From Ruditapes philippinarum (lineage: Eukaryota), in contig NW_026861391.1 in the NCBI RefSeq assembly GCF_026571515.1, forward strand, positions 434,001 through 498,000: a stretch of 64,000 nucleotides of DNA. Direction: 5' to 3'. Of the stretch, positions 14,266 to 29,213 are shown piece after piece. The translations under genes and the position numbers were made by a program. How positions within the stretch are numbered: position 1 is the stretch's first letter; each line of letters opens with the position of its first letter. Below the pieces are notes generated by a model. That model saw only the letters and a list, made by a program, of their open reading frames with translations. It had not been told where the DNA came from and ran no database searches.

Positions 14266-17208
14266 ATGCAAAAGGAAGGGAGATTTTGGTCAGTTTCAAA
14301 AGCAATCGCAAAGATATGATTTGATCTGCTTTGTCCTCGTGTAGTTTGATTTCCGTCTCTTAATATCTTCAAAATACTGTAAATGATTTATTGCCAAATA
14401 TATTCCGGTGATGATGAAAAGAGTTTAATTCTATATTAAGAACTCCTGGTGATTTTTATGACGTGTAAGTGTTTAAGCTTGAAACGCGCTATTTTCTTAT
14501 CGTCGTTAATAACCTCTTAATAAGCCTCAATTGGATGTGTCAATAGTTTTATAATGACATAATCGGTCCCATTTATACGATCAATTGAACAGGGTAAATC
14601 TCAGCTATGAATGTTTAATAACACCGCATGTTCTGTTATTGATATCGATCGATTTATAAATAAGACTGTTTAAAAGTGTGTCGTTTTGCAATTTCAAAAA
14701 AAAAAAGATGCACCGGAAACAAATGGTGCAATAAACGAAAGATAGAACAGGAGAGAGTAGAGAGAGGGCGAATCAATCTTTAATAACAATTAACAAACAA
14801 GTTGAAACAACCTTAAAAGATGTCCAAAAACCCTTACTCAGAAACGAATAATTTTGCTTTATTTAGAAATAGCAAACATGGGTTTCATAACGTGTAAACA
14901 TGTTAAATGTTTTTCAGTGCTGAACTTATTTGTCATAAAAGTAGCAAATCTTAACAAAGCACTATTTTGACTTCCATAGAAAATATTAAATCACTATAAC
15001 TGTTCTAATTTCCAAAAAAGGTTGGAAAAACGATGGTTCTGGCAATTGGCCAATGGTAACTTTTTTGGAAACTGAAACAGGACAACAAAATAAAAAATAT
15101 TTTGAGAAATAAAAATATCAAACATTTCTGAGACATAATTAGTTTTTAACAAGACAGTTATAGCGTGCTATGAATTAAAGGTATAGGTAAAAATGTGAAC
15201 GATGTATTCATTCAATAAGATTTTAGGTCATACGTATAATCTCTAAAAGGCTTTTATCATGTTAATGATGCGCAAAGCAAGCCTAAATATATTTAAGAGA
15301 CGTGCCAAGTTTACTGGTAATTTATTTTATATAATACCAGGAAAGAGGCAAGCTGACTTGACACGACCATTGTTTGGTCTTTTAGAAATTTGCAAATGAC
15401 CTCAGTACAAGTTTGTGTCGGAATGGCAATACGGAAACTGTTTATAGATGAACTTAAAACTTAATAGAAATCATTGTTCTATAAAAAAAATCAACATCTA
15501 TTATTTATTTAATGGCTGTATAACAATTGAAATGTTTTCGTTTACATTCCAATACATTGAAGTAGAATTCTTTTTTATTCTGGTATTAATATATCTTATT
15601 TCTATTGAACAATCTTGTTGCTTTGTAAGAAGTCAGTTTGTTTGATTTGAGTCAAGTTGACACTGGAATGGTTATTTGGCAATCTACAAGTTTATTTAAT
15701 GGGAAATACCATCAAACTAGATTTGTTGTTGAATTGGTACATGTATACATGTATTTTAACACGTCGTTTTTATTAAAACAAACATATACAAATAGCTATG
15801 ACAAACTTACGTAAAAGCTTTTATGGTATATAGATTATACACTGTAAAATTTCGTAAGTAACTTAAATACTCCTAGGAAGATTAACTTTAGTACATTCAA
15901 TTTATAAAAAAAGAAACTCTTCCTTTTTTCTATGTTGATTCACCTTCTAATACGTCTGCAGTCTTACCTAAACAAATACTATTGTAAGTCCAAGCTTTGC
16001 GTTCAAGACTGAAATATCTATCTTGGTTTGAATGAAAGTAACTTTTATTGATGTCAAAATCAAAATGGACTTTTTATCATTTCTCCGTTCCTTTTAGAAT
16101 CATAACATTATATAGATATGCTCCTGATCAATGAATGTCCTGTCACCTTTTTTTTGTTAAAGGAAAGGTGCTGTAATGGTCAGATGAAAAATATAGTCAA
16201 TATCTAAAATACATTTTGAACAATATTGTAGTTGGCTGTAAATTTTTGCCAATAGTTTTCATTTATTTCTTTTTTTATATCAGTAAAATCAATATACAGT
16301 CATACAATTAAATTGCTCCTGCGTGACTCTGTCAGTAATTTAAGTGGGCCCACTTCAGTCAGGGCATGAGAGATAGATATTGCACTTCTACATTACAGAC
16401 TCAGTTAAACCGAATTTGCAATTTTCATTTAATTTGAGTGCGTTCATTGCTTTCGAGGGATCTATTCCTTTTTCAGATATATTAGTATCATGTTCTCATC
16501 GCCAATTAATTCAATTTAATTCTAAACCGGCTAGAACTGAAAGTGAGTGGGGGTTTATCACTACCAACCTGCCGTGCAGTCTGACTTATTTTGGTTTCTT
16601 TTTTTTTGTGTGTGTGTATTTCTTTGTATTATGATACTGCAAATTTCTTATAAGAGATGTACTTATACTCGTACTTGTAAATTTTTATAGATTGTTTCAA
16701 ATTCAAAACAAGGCAAAACCATTACACAAATGCATCACGTTAAGTGATCGACCCGTACATAATTTTTAACAAATACGTATTCTATAGTTACACCGATTTT
16801 CTTCATTTCTTAAAGTTGGTTTATTCTCATTCACTATGACATCCGGGTAGATGTTTCTTTCTTTACAGAATAAAACTATTATAAATTTGGATAATTGGAT
16901 GATATTCCTTCAATGTATTAAGTTATTAAATTTGTTACATTTGACTTTTTTTAGATGGTTTTAGATATCTTACTCGTGTAAAGGACACCCATATGCAACA
17001 TCCTAAAAGTTGTTTTTTCAGTACCGTATCTTCTCCTCATAGAAAAATGGCATATTCCTTCTTTTCTGACTGAGTAAAATATCAAAACATGAAGGTAAAA
17101 AATTGAAAATTTTAGTGAAATTTGTTGATGTGTTACAATGTACTTATATCAAATAATTGCGAAGCATATACACTTTATTTTATATTAACATTGAAATTTT
17201 CTAGGATA

Positions 17209-17352
17209 NNNNNNNNNNNNNNNNNNNNNNNNNNNNNNNNNNNNNNNNNNNNNNNNNNNNNNNNNNNNNNNNNNNNNNNNNNNNNNNNNNNNNNNNNNNN
17301 NNNNNNNNNNNNNNNNNNNNNNNNNNNNNNNNNNNNNNNNNNNNNNNNNNNN
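17209..17352. other. Assembly gap (144 N)
   Basis: Run of n characters. Confidence 0.99.
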
Positions 17353-18731
17353 ACTAGCATGCCATATTAGATTCTATTTCGTCTAGCTCGTTTATCTGGT
17401 GTATTATTAAACACAAATCAAACCTCCTTATATTGTATGATTCATGTTTTCCTTAGATTTCCTAATGCAACAGGAAGAAGATTTAGAAAGTGTCAAAACA
17501 ATCACGTGGCAATGATTTGTCCCGTTGTTTCATCATAATTCTACGCGTTGATTGCTTAAAACTTGTAAAATACTATAAATAAATTACAATCTTGGACGAA
17601 ATCAAAGCAATTATTTGTTTAGCATTCTTTTCGGAATTTTATAAGACAGATTTTTATGACATATATGACCTAAAGTGTTGAACTTTAACTTTTTAATGTA
17701 TTGTTAAGTCTCAAGTTCAAGTGACAATATTGACAAATAAAACTAGTGTGGCTTTTGAATGAAATAATTTCCTCTATGAATGGTTATTGAAGTTTTCCAC
17801 TGACATTCATATTTTGGTTTGTACCTGACTTGACAATAAGAGAATATAATCATATTTACGCATGTTCTTTCACGTTTGTAACTGTATGTTTCTACTGCCA
17901 ATAAACTCGATTCAATTGTTGTTTCGTTTAATTAGTTAATTAGTTATGGATTTGAAAAGATTGATTGTTATAATTTCTTATTGACCAACATTTGTTTTAT
18001 ATAAAAATGGATAAGATGTACTATTAAAACTGCCTTAGATATTAAAAACTGTCCTACTTTTTTCAATTGAACATTAAACATACATTTTGAAGATATTTAT
18101 AGATTTGTCCAATATGGTAAAATGTTTTTCTTTACCTGTGCTGTTACCATTTACATGCACGAGGATAGGCATAATGTCACTTTAATATTCATTAAATGAA
18201 TTAAAGAGAGCATTTTCTCCAGTGTGTATTGACGTTTTGTCAGCACTCTCTATGCCAAATGAGTTCGTAGTATATAATATAGTGTTTAAAAAGATGCATA
18301 TTTCTATACATATCTAGGAATATAATTGAGTGTAGGGTGATAATCTTGTGGCAGGCTAAAAAAAATTAGTTTATTGGAAATTATTTGTAGGTCACGTAAT
18401 TATACTTTCTTTTGTATAACAAAATTGCTGGAGAATGGGATCACTCAAGAGCATTAACAAAAACAATACTTGTAACTCGGTTTTATTGAGTTATTCTTAT
18501 TTTAATATAAATGATGTAAATGGTATATTTAAATATATGATAATAATTGTTTTGTACACCTTTACATTGATATTCTTTTGTCAACTAATGTAAGATGCTG
18601 AATAGACTTTCAGGTGATTAAATGTTTATAAACACTGTTGTTATTTGTACAGTGGTCGTGGATTGCTGGATTTTGTCGGGGGCTTCGTTCTGTAAACGTC
18701 GTTCTGCCTAGTCAACCTTGGTGAGGAATGT

Positions 18732-19376
18732 TCAAAGTTTCAGAAAGACTACAAATATATTATTTTCAACACGTGCGGATACCTCGGTTCTACAGACACC
18801 AGTTTGGAGCCTTGGAGCCACTGGCATTCGACACGAAACAAAGAGCTTGATAACAGGAATGGCGCCAAAGGCCAGAATTTGAATTAATGATAATAAATTA
18901 ACTATAAACTGTATGAGTCAGTATTTTAAAAGTACCATAAATAATACTATTAATTCTTATAGCATCAATAGAAAATTTTTCCCTTTATCGTATAAAAGCG
19001 TATGCCTTCTAAAGCAATTTGTTACCTATTTTTAAACCATTTTCCTTTAATTTACATGTACTTACGATTCATCACATTACTATTTTAATTGACTTTATTT
19101 CGTAAGCATTGTCCTTAATACGTTTTTATTAAAATACCTTTTCAAACTATGTTGTTAAATATCACTTAATAGGTTGTTCATATCTTGTATGATTATATTT
19201 TTACAAGCTTTTTAATCTAAAAGTTGTCTGGTACATTCGCTTAACATAAATAAAGTTGGATTGTTTAGATTTAATAAATCTTATTATTCTTGCTTTAAAA
19301 AATGGTTTGAAGTGCGGAGCTGTGATTAATTCCGTTTTGTCCTCGTGTAGTTAACTTTCGACCACTAAAGATCTCC
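18732..19376 (-). pseudogene. Probable decayed IL-17 paralogue or truncated 58-aa secreted-peptide ORF (putative exons 19072-19066, 18901-18732)
   Basis: 19317-19376 aligns without gaps to the IL17-3 upstream region 14311-14370, including an identical TTTGTCCTCGTGTAGTT. 19223-19253 resembles the IL17-3 5' UTR. The spliced ORF MNLNLLSLIQILAFGAIPVIKLFVSCRMP.. resembles the IL17-1 N-terminus SLIIIAFG..IFACREP. No cystine knot is recognisable. Confidence 0.45.
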
Positions 19377-20830
19377 TCCTCACAACCTTTAACTGTAGAC
19401 ATGTACGAAGATGAAATAAACCTATGAGATGTAAATGATATACATAGTTATATGTATGATGTGAACGAGTGCTATGTTAAGTTATAAAATGTAATATTCA
19501 TCAAGAATTGGTCTGATAACATCATAATATCATTCCGTAAGATTTGTGATAATAAATGTTAACTTTAAATGACATCTAAAACGTGAATGAATACGAATGT
19601 CTATCTATTATTCTTTGCTATTACATTTTTCGTTTATGATCTCATCACAGTTTATAATTACATGTTCTTATTTCAAATTAATTATGTATAATTTGAAAAA
19701 AAACTGAATGACAGTAACTGGTGAAAGGAACTGATTACAGAAAAATACCTTAATAATTTGACAAATAAAATGTTTTGTCCAAACATCCTGTTTGATATAA
19801 TATAATGTAAGTTTTTGTAGGATTATGTGGTTAATATCCAAGTCTATGGATCTGACTAATTAATGTGAAATTTACCGAGGCCGTTAGAAAGTTCAACTAT
19901 TTCAATTCTAAAGAAATTAATTTTCAACCGAAACTCTTCCTTTCTTATCATGGTTCATTGATATATTTTGTAACACATTTCATGTATATTGAAATAAAGT
20001 ATATTCATTTGTTGAAATATTTAAGCTGTATTTTTTATTCAGAGACAGTTAAAACTATCTTTCGCAACCAGGCCTTTTATGTCCGTTTGTTTCATTAATT
20101 GGCGGCTGTTCTGATACTTCCCTTATTTCAGCATTTTTGATTGATGCATCGTTTAGAGGAGTATCAAATCATATTTAAATACGGCAAATAGGGCTTATTA
20201 GTTCTGAACATATTTAAGACTCTATGTGTTACAATGAATGTACTTTGGCTTTAAAACTTATTCAACCCATAGTTTTTCAGTTTATTTATTTCATTTCCTT
20301 TAAGGCTTTTGGCCCAATGAAGAAAATATAGACATATATAAATACAAATATATATGACATCACAGTGCAATACATGATAATGAAATAAACTATTCAATAT
20401 ATACTACTAACTTAATACAATGTAGTAAACATATCTACAGTACTGCAGAAAGTTGAAAACCAAACCTCAGTTACACAATACAGGTTTTGAAATAAGTGTA
20501 TTTTCATGTAAAAGTTGACATAATTACATGTATATTCTGTCTAATCAACGTAAGAACTAATTTACGTATCCAATTACCTTTTCAGACTTGCTGTCATTAC
20601 TATAAAGTGGAGTTGGCAATAATGATGCTAATTACTCTGTAAAATATGACCAATAAACAAACTTAATAAACGAACAAGTTAAATGTGGGAATGAATATAT
20701 CAAATTTTTCAGATATCATGACTGTTAATCGTGAATGATAAAAATGTATATTAGAAAAATTGCATATAATATGTTCAGTACTGTAACTGTTACATAAAAG
20801 TCAAACTTTACAAACTGCCGGAAACAACTT

Positions 20831-23800
20831 TTACACATTGTTAGATCTGTTGAATGGATTGATTCTATTATTTCCTGCCCGCCATATCATCTCATAGGGA
20901 TATAAATTTACCCTGGGACTGGCCTCGTTAAGTCGAGTCATCTGAAAATGTCAAAAAGAAATAAAGGAATAAAGTTATAGACAGATATAATGTTTGTACA
21001 TTATTAATGATTGAAACAAGCGAGAGAATCACTGCAGCACTTTATGGCGATGGTCATTTGGATTAATACCAATGTTCCGAGCTATTTTATCACAATTGAC
21101 ACGTGATATATCACGTGCACGTTGCAGAAAAGTTTTGGTACAACTGCAACAGGCCGAAAAATGCATGTGTTAAACAAATATGTTTAATGTGCAAATAGTA
21201 ATATAAACCATGAGAACGATCAATGCTACTACTAATAATAATTTAAACCTAGGAATGTTTCTCAAGTTGTAAATGACGATTCAAACTGAGTATTGCCATT
21301 CAAATTTATAATTTCATTCACTTTTATATAAGTTGTATGTAAATCTGAAAACAGACACCACAATATGAATTGAAAAATTGTTTGAGGAAGATAAGTCAAT
21401 TCTAATTATAAAACATTGTAATGCCTAAATTGATTATATTATAATGGTCCAAATAAAAACAATATTGACAATTGCATTATTATATATTTAGGAACATAAA
21501 TGTACTTATACAACATGTTTACCTCCTCGTCCGACAGTTCCCATCCTGTACTTGCACCCATGTTATCTTCAAGTTGTTTTAAAGACGTGGCTCCAATAAT
21601 AACCGAGCAAACGACATCTTTCTGTAGAAGCCAGCGGAGTGATACTTGAGGGACCGTTTTACCTAAAATTTTAAATTTTATATCTTCAAAATTTTTGATC
21701 AGAGGAGACCTCTCTCGATGCAATATCAATTAAATTGGAAAAAAATGTTATTGGCATATTTACAGTTAATTGTTTGACTCTGATAATGGGAACCAAAATT
21801 TGTTCCACGTCCCAAGGTCCCTTAGACCTCGCTAGGGCTGATCATTCAAGCCAATTCACAAAACTAAACACCTTCTGTTACTAGTATGAAAAGGCAATAC
21901 AAAAATAAAGATTTGTGCATACACATTTCAAATAAAAGTGTTCATGATTAGTATAAAAAAATCTTAGTTCCAGCAAAAGCAATGTTCTATATACAACACT
22001 AAACTAAACTGTTGGAATCAATTATCCTTTAGATAAAAAGAAATATATAACAGCAAAATCAAGAATATTTGGCGACCTTTCACCATGTTTACCATACAGA
22101 AACCAACAACGACGAAAACAAAATCAGTAAGTGAAAATTATAAAGTCGCTTTGTTTTCGTATTTTAGTTACAGACAATGAACTTTGTAAGATTCCTCTTG
22201 CTATTTTACACCGATTAACATAAACAATCTACAACAATTGATTTCTTAGAACAAATGCTCTGAAGGACAAAAATTATAAAAAAAACAGTGGGATGAAGTA
22301 CTGTGCAAGTTTCCATCTATTACACATTTCAATAACACTACAATTGTTTGACGAAGCAAATATTCAAGCTTCATTTTCTCTTCATGTATTTGAATTTATT
22401 CATACTCGCTACGGGTTACCCATTTCGGCGGGTCATCCAGAAGGGTATTAGTCATTTTAGATTTTAGAGTATAGTTCAAGATCCTGATACATAAAGATGC
22501 CCCAATTCCAGAAGATTCTCCTGGTTCTTTAACGTGCCTAGTGTTTAAGTACTTATACACGGGACATTGACTTTAAGTCTCAATCGAAAGACTGTTTTGG
22601 TAATTTTAGTTGGCCAGCCTTGAATTGAATCTGAAATTACAAGTTACACGCTCTAACCAACTGAGCTATGCGGGCTGAGCTTTTTTTTTTCTCCTCATAT
22701 ATTGTGTTGTACCTGAATATGTTGCTCTCTTCTACCAACACTATCTCAAGCTTTGCACTTACCATGATTCGTAGCAATATCTTTCATGGCGTCCATTAGC
22801 TTCCAGTAATTATCGTCATCGTTATATTGACTCCATGCTGGCGCAGCTTGCATTGCTTTAGACTCGTCTTGGTGAACAAATCCAATTCTACTTCCCTTTG
22901 CGTCTGGTGTTTTGTTTCTCTCAAATTTCCCGGTTAAAAGCCCACTGTAATTGGAAACGGTTCAGGTTTTTCATCATTTTTACTTTTGCAAAGGGTAATA
23001 GTTAATAAACTTAAAACAGGCAAACGCGTTTTTGATATTGTCAAATAATTGTCAACTATAGGTAATGAGAAATGATATAATCAGGTAATTTATTACTGTA
23101 ACAAACGCTTTATATATACCCTTTCAAAGGACTCCATGGCAATACCCCAATGCCTTCATTTGCACACACCATAAACTCTTCGAATTCAGATTGACGTGCA
23201 AGCAAATTGTATTGTTGCTGAAATAAGATTTAACATACACGGTTTTTTTATTCTATCTAAGTATTCGCATTTTTAATAAAAGCAATCTCAAAATTTAATG
23301 ACAAAGACTATGAATCTCAAGGGGGATAATTTGGAACATAGCAATGACGTTGTTCAATGTATATGTACTAAATGCAATACAGATATTCCTCATGAAAATA
23401 AATTACAGTTTTGCCAGACGTGTTAATGTAAGCTTGTTTGTTTGGATTATGTAAATAACGTATCGTTGTTGCGTATCTCCTAAACTATGATGCATGCCTG
23501 AATGTTAATTACCTGAAGAGCCCATAAAGGTATTCAATAAGTGTATAGAATTGCGTTACCGAAATCAGTCGCTTTAATATAACAGCCATTTAGCATTCAT
23601 TTTATTGCTGTTTGCATGCCCTTGAAATAGTTTTAAAAGTTATCGGTGGTTTTCGATGCATTTATGCATTGTTTATCGAAATGGCCTGATATATTATTTT
23701 GATCCGTTGTTTTGTTGATTTGTTCGGCATAAATTATGTTGGGGTGGGGAAAAGGCGTTTCATTCCTTGTGTTTATTTATACTATATAGGGGATATATTT

Positions 23801-25755
23801 TGGATATTATCATTATTATTGATAGCATTTCAAGTTCCTGTGAATAGATTCAAGTTATACAAAAATAATGATGCTCTTTTAATATAAATGAAATTGTTTA
23901 TTCAGACTACCTGAAGTGATACACATGAATTAAGTCCCATCATCTCAATTTTATCCACTATTTTCTGTAGTTGCCATCCGCAGACGTTACTGACACCAAA
24001 GTATCGTATTTTCCCGCATCTCACGAGATCGTCAAATGTCCTCAGCGTCTCTTCTATCGGAGTGGCATTATCCCAAGCATGTGACTGTAATATAACAATA
24101 TTTATTTTACAAAATAAAACAAGTAATCCGTGATAGACATATACCGATGGAATATTTTAAATATATGACCAAATGATTATTTACTAAACTACTTTGAAAA
24201 TGTCAGATAGAGGACAAGGTGGAACAATTAAAGAACGTTTCGAGGCGATTTTCTTAATCAAGCATGTATTGATGATATGCATGTATAAAATCAATCAAAA
24301 TTCTACAACACTGGACCAAGTTACAGTACCTGTAACAGGTCGATATAATTAGTTTGAAGTCTTTCCAAACTTTCTTCACAACTTTCAATAATATGTCGTC
24401 GGCTCAAACCAACTTTGTTTATATTTGAACGATCAACATGGAAACGACATTTCGTTGCTAGTACAATGCTGCTCCGATCTTTTCTGAAACATATTAAATA
24501 TTATAAAAGCAAGATGTCATTTGTGTTAAGTTTCTTTTCTAATCGTGGCCGCTACTTCATTTATAAATTTATATTATTTTAAAATGTTGATTACAAAATA
24601 TATCATTGACGAAATGACATGATTATAAACTATCCAATCGTTCTTACTTCTTAAGCCAGTTGCCAACAACCCGCTCCGACGCACCAAGACCATAAACATT
24701 AGCGGTGTCTAGGAAATTACCTCCTAGTTCAAAATATCTGTCCATCAACTTGTGTGACATTTCCTCATTCAGTTGTGTTGGAATGGGCATAACCTACAAT
24801 ATGAATATATATGAAAATAAAAAGAATTTAATTGGAATTATCAATATTAACTTCAGACTTGTATTGTATTGTATTGTAATGTAGGGGTAGGGGTATTTAT
24901 GGGTGTGTGTGTGGGGGGGGGGGGTATACTGGCCACGTGTATTTCGACAATAATTCCTGCGTTTTACTTTCACAGACATAACTTCTCGAGAAGTGATTTT
25001 ATATGTTAAATTCCTATGTTACTCCATATAGGACAACTATCTCTGTCATAAAGATTTCAAGTAATAAACTATATAAAGTTAACCTTGAAAGTTATAAATA
25101 GTTTTGTAATTACTCATTTACTTGCATGTGTTTATTATATGTGTTTGAATTTTATTGAAATTAGAAAAGTAAACAAATAAAAATAACAGTGAAAAACAAA
25201 AGAACAAACATAAATCTTGAAAGCTTTATCTGCATGTGGAGGGAAGTAACTCATAATGATTTATGACAGAAAATACACGAAACGCAACGTAGCAAAAAAA
25301 TGCATAGTCAGTATGATAAAGATCTATAAATAGCAAAGTATCAGTTGTGATTATTTATCGTACTTTCAATTTGTCATGCTTGCACTCAATACAGATATAT
25401 TCATATAACCATTTCTCTAGCTAATTGATAACTTTTCAGTGGGGTCAATTAATTGAGATCTTTTAGTTAAGAATGTTCAATAAATAAGCAGAGCAATGTT
25501 ATACTGCATGAGATAATAATTTTCCATTCGATGCATTTACTTTCTATATGAAAAATAAAACCAATTCAACGAATGTTTTAATTTGCGATGTGATTGTGCT
25601 AACATCTGGTTCAAAGTTTCCTTCAAGTCATTAATAACAAAAATAAGAAACAAGACACTTACCCCGTCGCCAAATGTCATGGTACCCAAACATATGTTCG
25701 AGACTTGGACCCCCGACCTGCCGAGATAGTTGTATGCTACTTTTGCAGTTGTCAT
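20831..25755 (-). CDS. Aldo-keto reductase A (YajO/aryl-alcohol-dehydrogenase-like), 8 exons, 365 aa
   Basis: Exons 25755-25663, 24793-24648, 24483-24330, 24084-23911, 23217-23120, 22944-22763, 21662-21523, 20941-20831; all GT-AG and in frame. Motifs [26 protein letters not shown] (Asp/Tyr), ATK (Lys), IDLLQSH (His), [36 protein letters not shown]. Confidence 0.94.
22490..22677 (-). mobile_element. tRNA-derived SINE with V-domain-like core (AKR-A intron 6)
   Basis: Minus strand reads GCCCGCATAGCTCAGTTGGTTAGAGCG (A-box), then GTCTTTCGATTGAGACTTAAAGTCAATGTCCCGTGT, which resembles the V-SINE central domain. Confidence 0.6.
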
Positions 25756-27797
25756 TTTTTGCTGATCACGTTATATCAATTAAGATATAAAGTTAGTATG
25801 CATATAACCATCCGCACAATAACAATATCTGTGAATTCACGTATAACTTGTGTTAATAGATAAATCTAAATGTAATATTATAGCATATAAATGTGTACAG
25901 TATATGTTCATAAGAAAAGTTCAAAAACTAGCACGTCTGATAATAAATATAAATATCTGCGTTGACGTCGAATAACCGGTTATATTTAGATATATGTCCC
26001 GATTGTAAAACGAGACTTTTTAGTTTTATCATATTTTATTGCTATATACATGTATATACAATACAGATACAAATTTCATATGTATTTTAAACAGCAAAAG
26101 CAAACGGGTTGGGCCCAAGTTCTTACAACATTAGCGGTCGGCCCTCCCCGGTAAATAATGAAACGAAAAAACTATATTCAATACTTAATGGCATATAACA
26201 TAAACATAGTGTATATCATGTATAATTGCTGATGGAATGAATCGTAAGAAACGATTTTTAACAATATACAATAAAGTAATCGAACAGATAGAAATCAACG
26301 TTCGTGTATTTTATAAATTTATAAATATGGATGATCTAAGGATTCAGTATAACCTACCCCCCACCCCCACCCCTAAGTGTCACGGGTTTCGTTAAGGCTG
26401 TTATGTGCATTTACTTTATATTGGGTACAGGGTATTTGTAATTACTTCTTATATAATATTCTAAGTACATTTATAACTGATTACAATAAAGGTTTAATGT
26501 TTAGGTATAAGTGAATCGATTTGTATTTTTAATAAATTTATGGACAGCAGTAAATAGATGCTAGGCTATCACTACCAAGTAACAGTAGATTTGTATTCAG
26601 TGGGTGGAACGTCCTAGTTTCTGTAAAGAGTGTTATTCTTTGCGTTTGATAACTCGGGCATTTAAAGAAAAAATGTTCAGCATTCTCAGCTGCATTTCCG
26701 CAATGACATGTGGGATTTTCACTAAGATGATTTCTAACGAAGTCACCATTTAGGTCGCTGCAATTGTTTCTTATACGTGAGTGTAAAACGAGACTTAAAT
26801 ACTACGATAACATTGAGACGCATGTTCGTTTTAAATTTAACTTGGGTTTAAAATAAACCAATGATAATTGAACGTGTGGCCTGGTTTTGTTGCTTATCAT
26901 GCTTATTTAAAAAACGCTTTATTATTTTGTTTATTAGTTTGAAGATAATAGATGTAATTACGATTCGTGAATGTTGTAATATTTCCTTCTGCAAGATTCC
27001 TTTCATAATGATGCTAGCTAGATCTAAAAGACCTTTTATCTATACCAATTAGTATAAATGTTTTTATACATATTTATACATTTTTATGTATATATTTCAG
27101 TCAATTACATTTTTATCTTTATTTTTAAGAATGTAAGTTTTTTTGTTGTTTGTTTTTTAAACCACGAAGATACTGCTTCGGTTATATAGTGATCTTTCGA
27201 TTTAACTTGTAAGAGATGACCGAATGTGACCGAAGTTTATAATTGTACTTGGTCAACGTTTACATAGCTGATCTAAATGTACTTTAAATTAATAGTATCG
27301 TGATAACCCGAAATCACTCTCGCTTTCTTCCGGCAGGTTTTGGATACCTATTTTTAGTATATCTTGAAGGTGTTTTCCACTGTGACATCATTATTTGAAA
27401 ATATTTCAATATGTTGTTATTCAAGAATGTTAGCTCTTTAGTGTCCGTAATCCTGTAATAATATGTATAATACGCAGGTATTGTGCAAAACAATTACTTG
27501 TATTTCAATTTGAAACTCTTCCTGATAGACAGGAGCACACCTTCTGTTAAGTTTAAGAAGGCCCGAGCGTTCGTTTGTTTGAAATTGAAAATGAGTAACC
27601 GTAATGGCTTGCAGTTGAATTTATGTTTATTTTCTGTTGAAAACTGTGTTATTTCATTTATATATGAAGCAAAATAATATATGTTAGGTTAGAAATGGTA
27701 TTAAACCTGTCAAAAGCACGGTTTCTAAAAAATGTACATGGCGGTTAAATGAATAAATAGAGGATATTGAATTTGTAGGTTCAATAAATTAAGAAAT

Positions 27798-28032
27798 GAG
27801 CCGCGTCACGACAAAACCAACACAATGGGTTTGCGATCAGCATGGATCCAGACCAGCCTGCGCATCCGCGCAATCTGATCAGGATCGATGCTGTTCGCTA
27901 TCAGTTCCTCTACTTGTTATAGTGTTGATAAGCGAACAGCATGGGTCCTGATCAGACTACGCGGATGCGCAGGCTGGTCTGGATCCATGCTGGTCGCAAA
28001 CGCACTATGTTGGTTTTGTCGTGACGCGGCTC
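27798..28032. mobile_element. Sola2-like MITE (near-complete palindrome, 235 bp)
   Basis: Termini GAGCCGCGTCACGACAAAACCAACA / TGTTGGTTTTGTCGTGACGCGGCTC with 4-bp TSD AAAT (27794-97 and 28033-36). GAG ends plus a 4-bp TSD fit Sola2. A truncated copy is at 45874-45924. Confidence 0.82.
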
Positions 28033-28255
28033 AAATGAGGCGTTTTACGAATACAGTATAGTGAATGTACTTATTATCGCATACTAACATTAGAATACCG
28101 TACAGTTAAAAAATAATAGAATAATATTGTGTGCCATAATTATGTTGCGGTTCGGATCGGATCGCACATGCCACACATTTTATTTTGCATATTCTACCAT
28201 ACTATCAAATTTTATATACTTTTCCAAAATAAAACAATTTTTTCATGGAAATTAA

Positions 28256-28593
28256 AGGCACTTTATGCCTCAGTAATGAATGAAATGTTCCACTTTTACA
28301 AAGGGCACATGGGTTTTAAAATATTTGGGTAATGGTTTTAGGGCATGTTAGATGCTTATCAACTGAAGAAAGTGAGGTTATTAGTCAAGAAGTAGCAAAA
28401 TGTAAACAATGTAGTGTTTTGACTTCCATGCAAACACCATATCACTAGAATTGTACGAATTGACAAAGGCATCAGCAGCAAAGGATGTTGTATGTACTTG
28501 GACATTGAGTAAAACTAAGGACACTAACAGGACACCAAAATAATAAACTTTAGTAAAAATAAATTAAAAGCGTTTTGGGGGCATAATGGGCCT
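28256..28593. mobile_element. Kolobok-like MITE
   Basis: TTAA|AGGCACTTTATGCCTC ... GGGCATAATGGGCCT|TTAA: TTAA TSD with purine-purine termini. Related copy at 35739-36048 and an end fragment near 55352-55375. Confidence 0.72.
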
Positions 28594-29213
28594 TTAATGT
28601 CATTTCATCTACAATAGCGTATGAATTTACATTTTTATTCATAACGGCTTAATGTCGTAATTCTAAGAACGCAGTTACTGTCTTAAATGCGCCTAAATGA
28701 CATCGTTTTAACGTGGTTAATTCATATAATGCACCTCTATGGCAGATAAAATTTACGGCATGGGTATAACTAACGGAAACACTGGTCTGGTATGCAATAA
28801 TTTATTTTCATCGACGTTCTTTAAATATATCGAGGGGTGAAAGCGAAAGAAGTCTAAGTGCATATCTGTATATTTTTCAGGAGAGACAAAAAACTGTCCT
28901 GTTTTTTTCAGGTTATATATATAATTATCATTTGTGTACTCTCAAATAAAAATCAGTTATATTGTACATTTAAAAAAAATTACTTGAAAAAAAAATGAAA
29001 GAAAAAGGTTATATTTGTAAAAATGTACTTAGACTTTTTTCGCACTCAATATTTGTCAAAATATCACAAATCTGGTAAATGCGAAAAAAGTCTAAGTGAC
29101 GGAAAACAGGAAATAAACACCCTATTTAGACAGAAATGCTCAATATAGAATAAGTTTTATCATAACTTACTATTCTGAATATAGAATTGGAAAGAAAATA
29201 ATATAAATTTTAA

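Noticed and set aside
18652-18887. Plus-strand exon after TTGTACAG (GRGLLDF.. / TSFCLVNLGEEC..)
   Set aside because: All three frames hit stops early and show no recognisable homology; the minus-strand interpretation has better support.
25302-25310. Antioxidant response element TGACnnnGC in AKR-A intron 1; CRE TGACGTCA at 49802-49809
   Set aside because: Short motifs expected by chance in 64 kb and not seen at equivalent positions in the paralogues.
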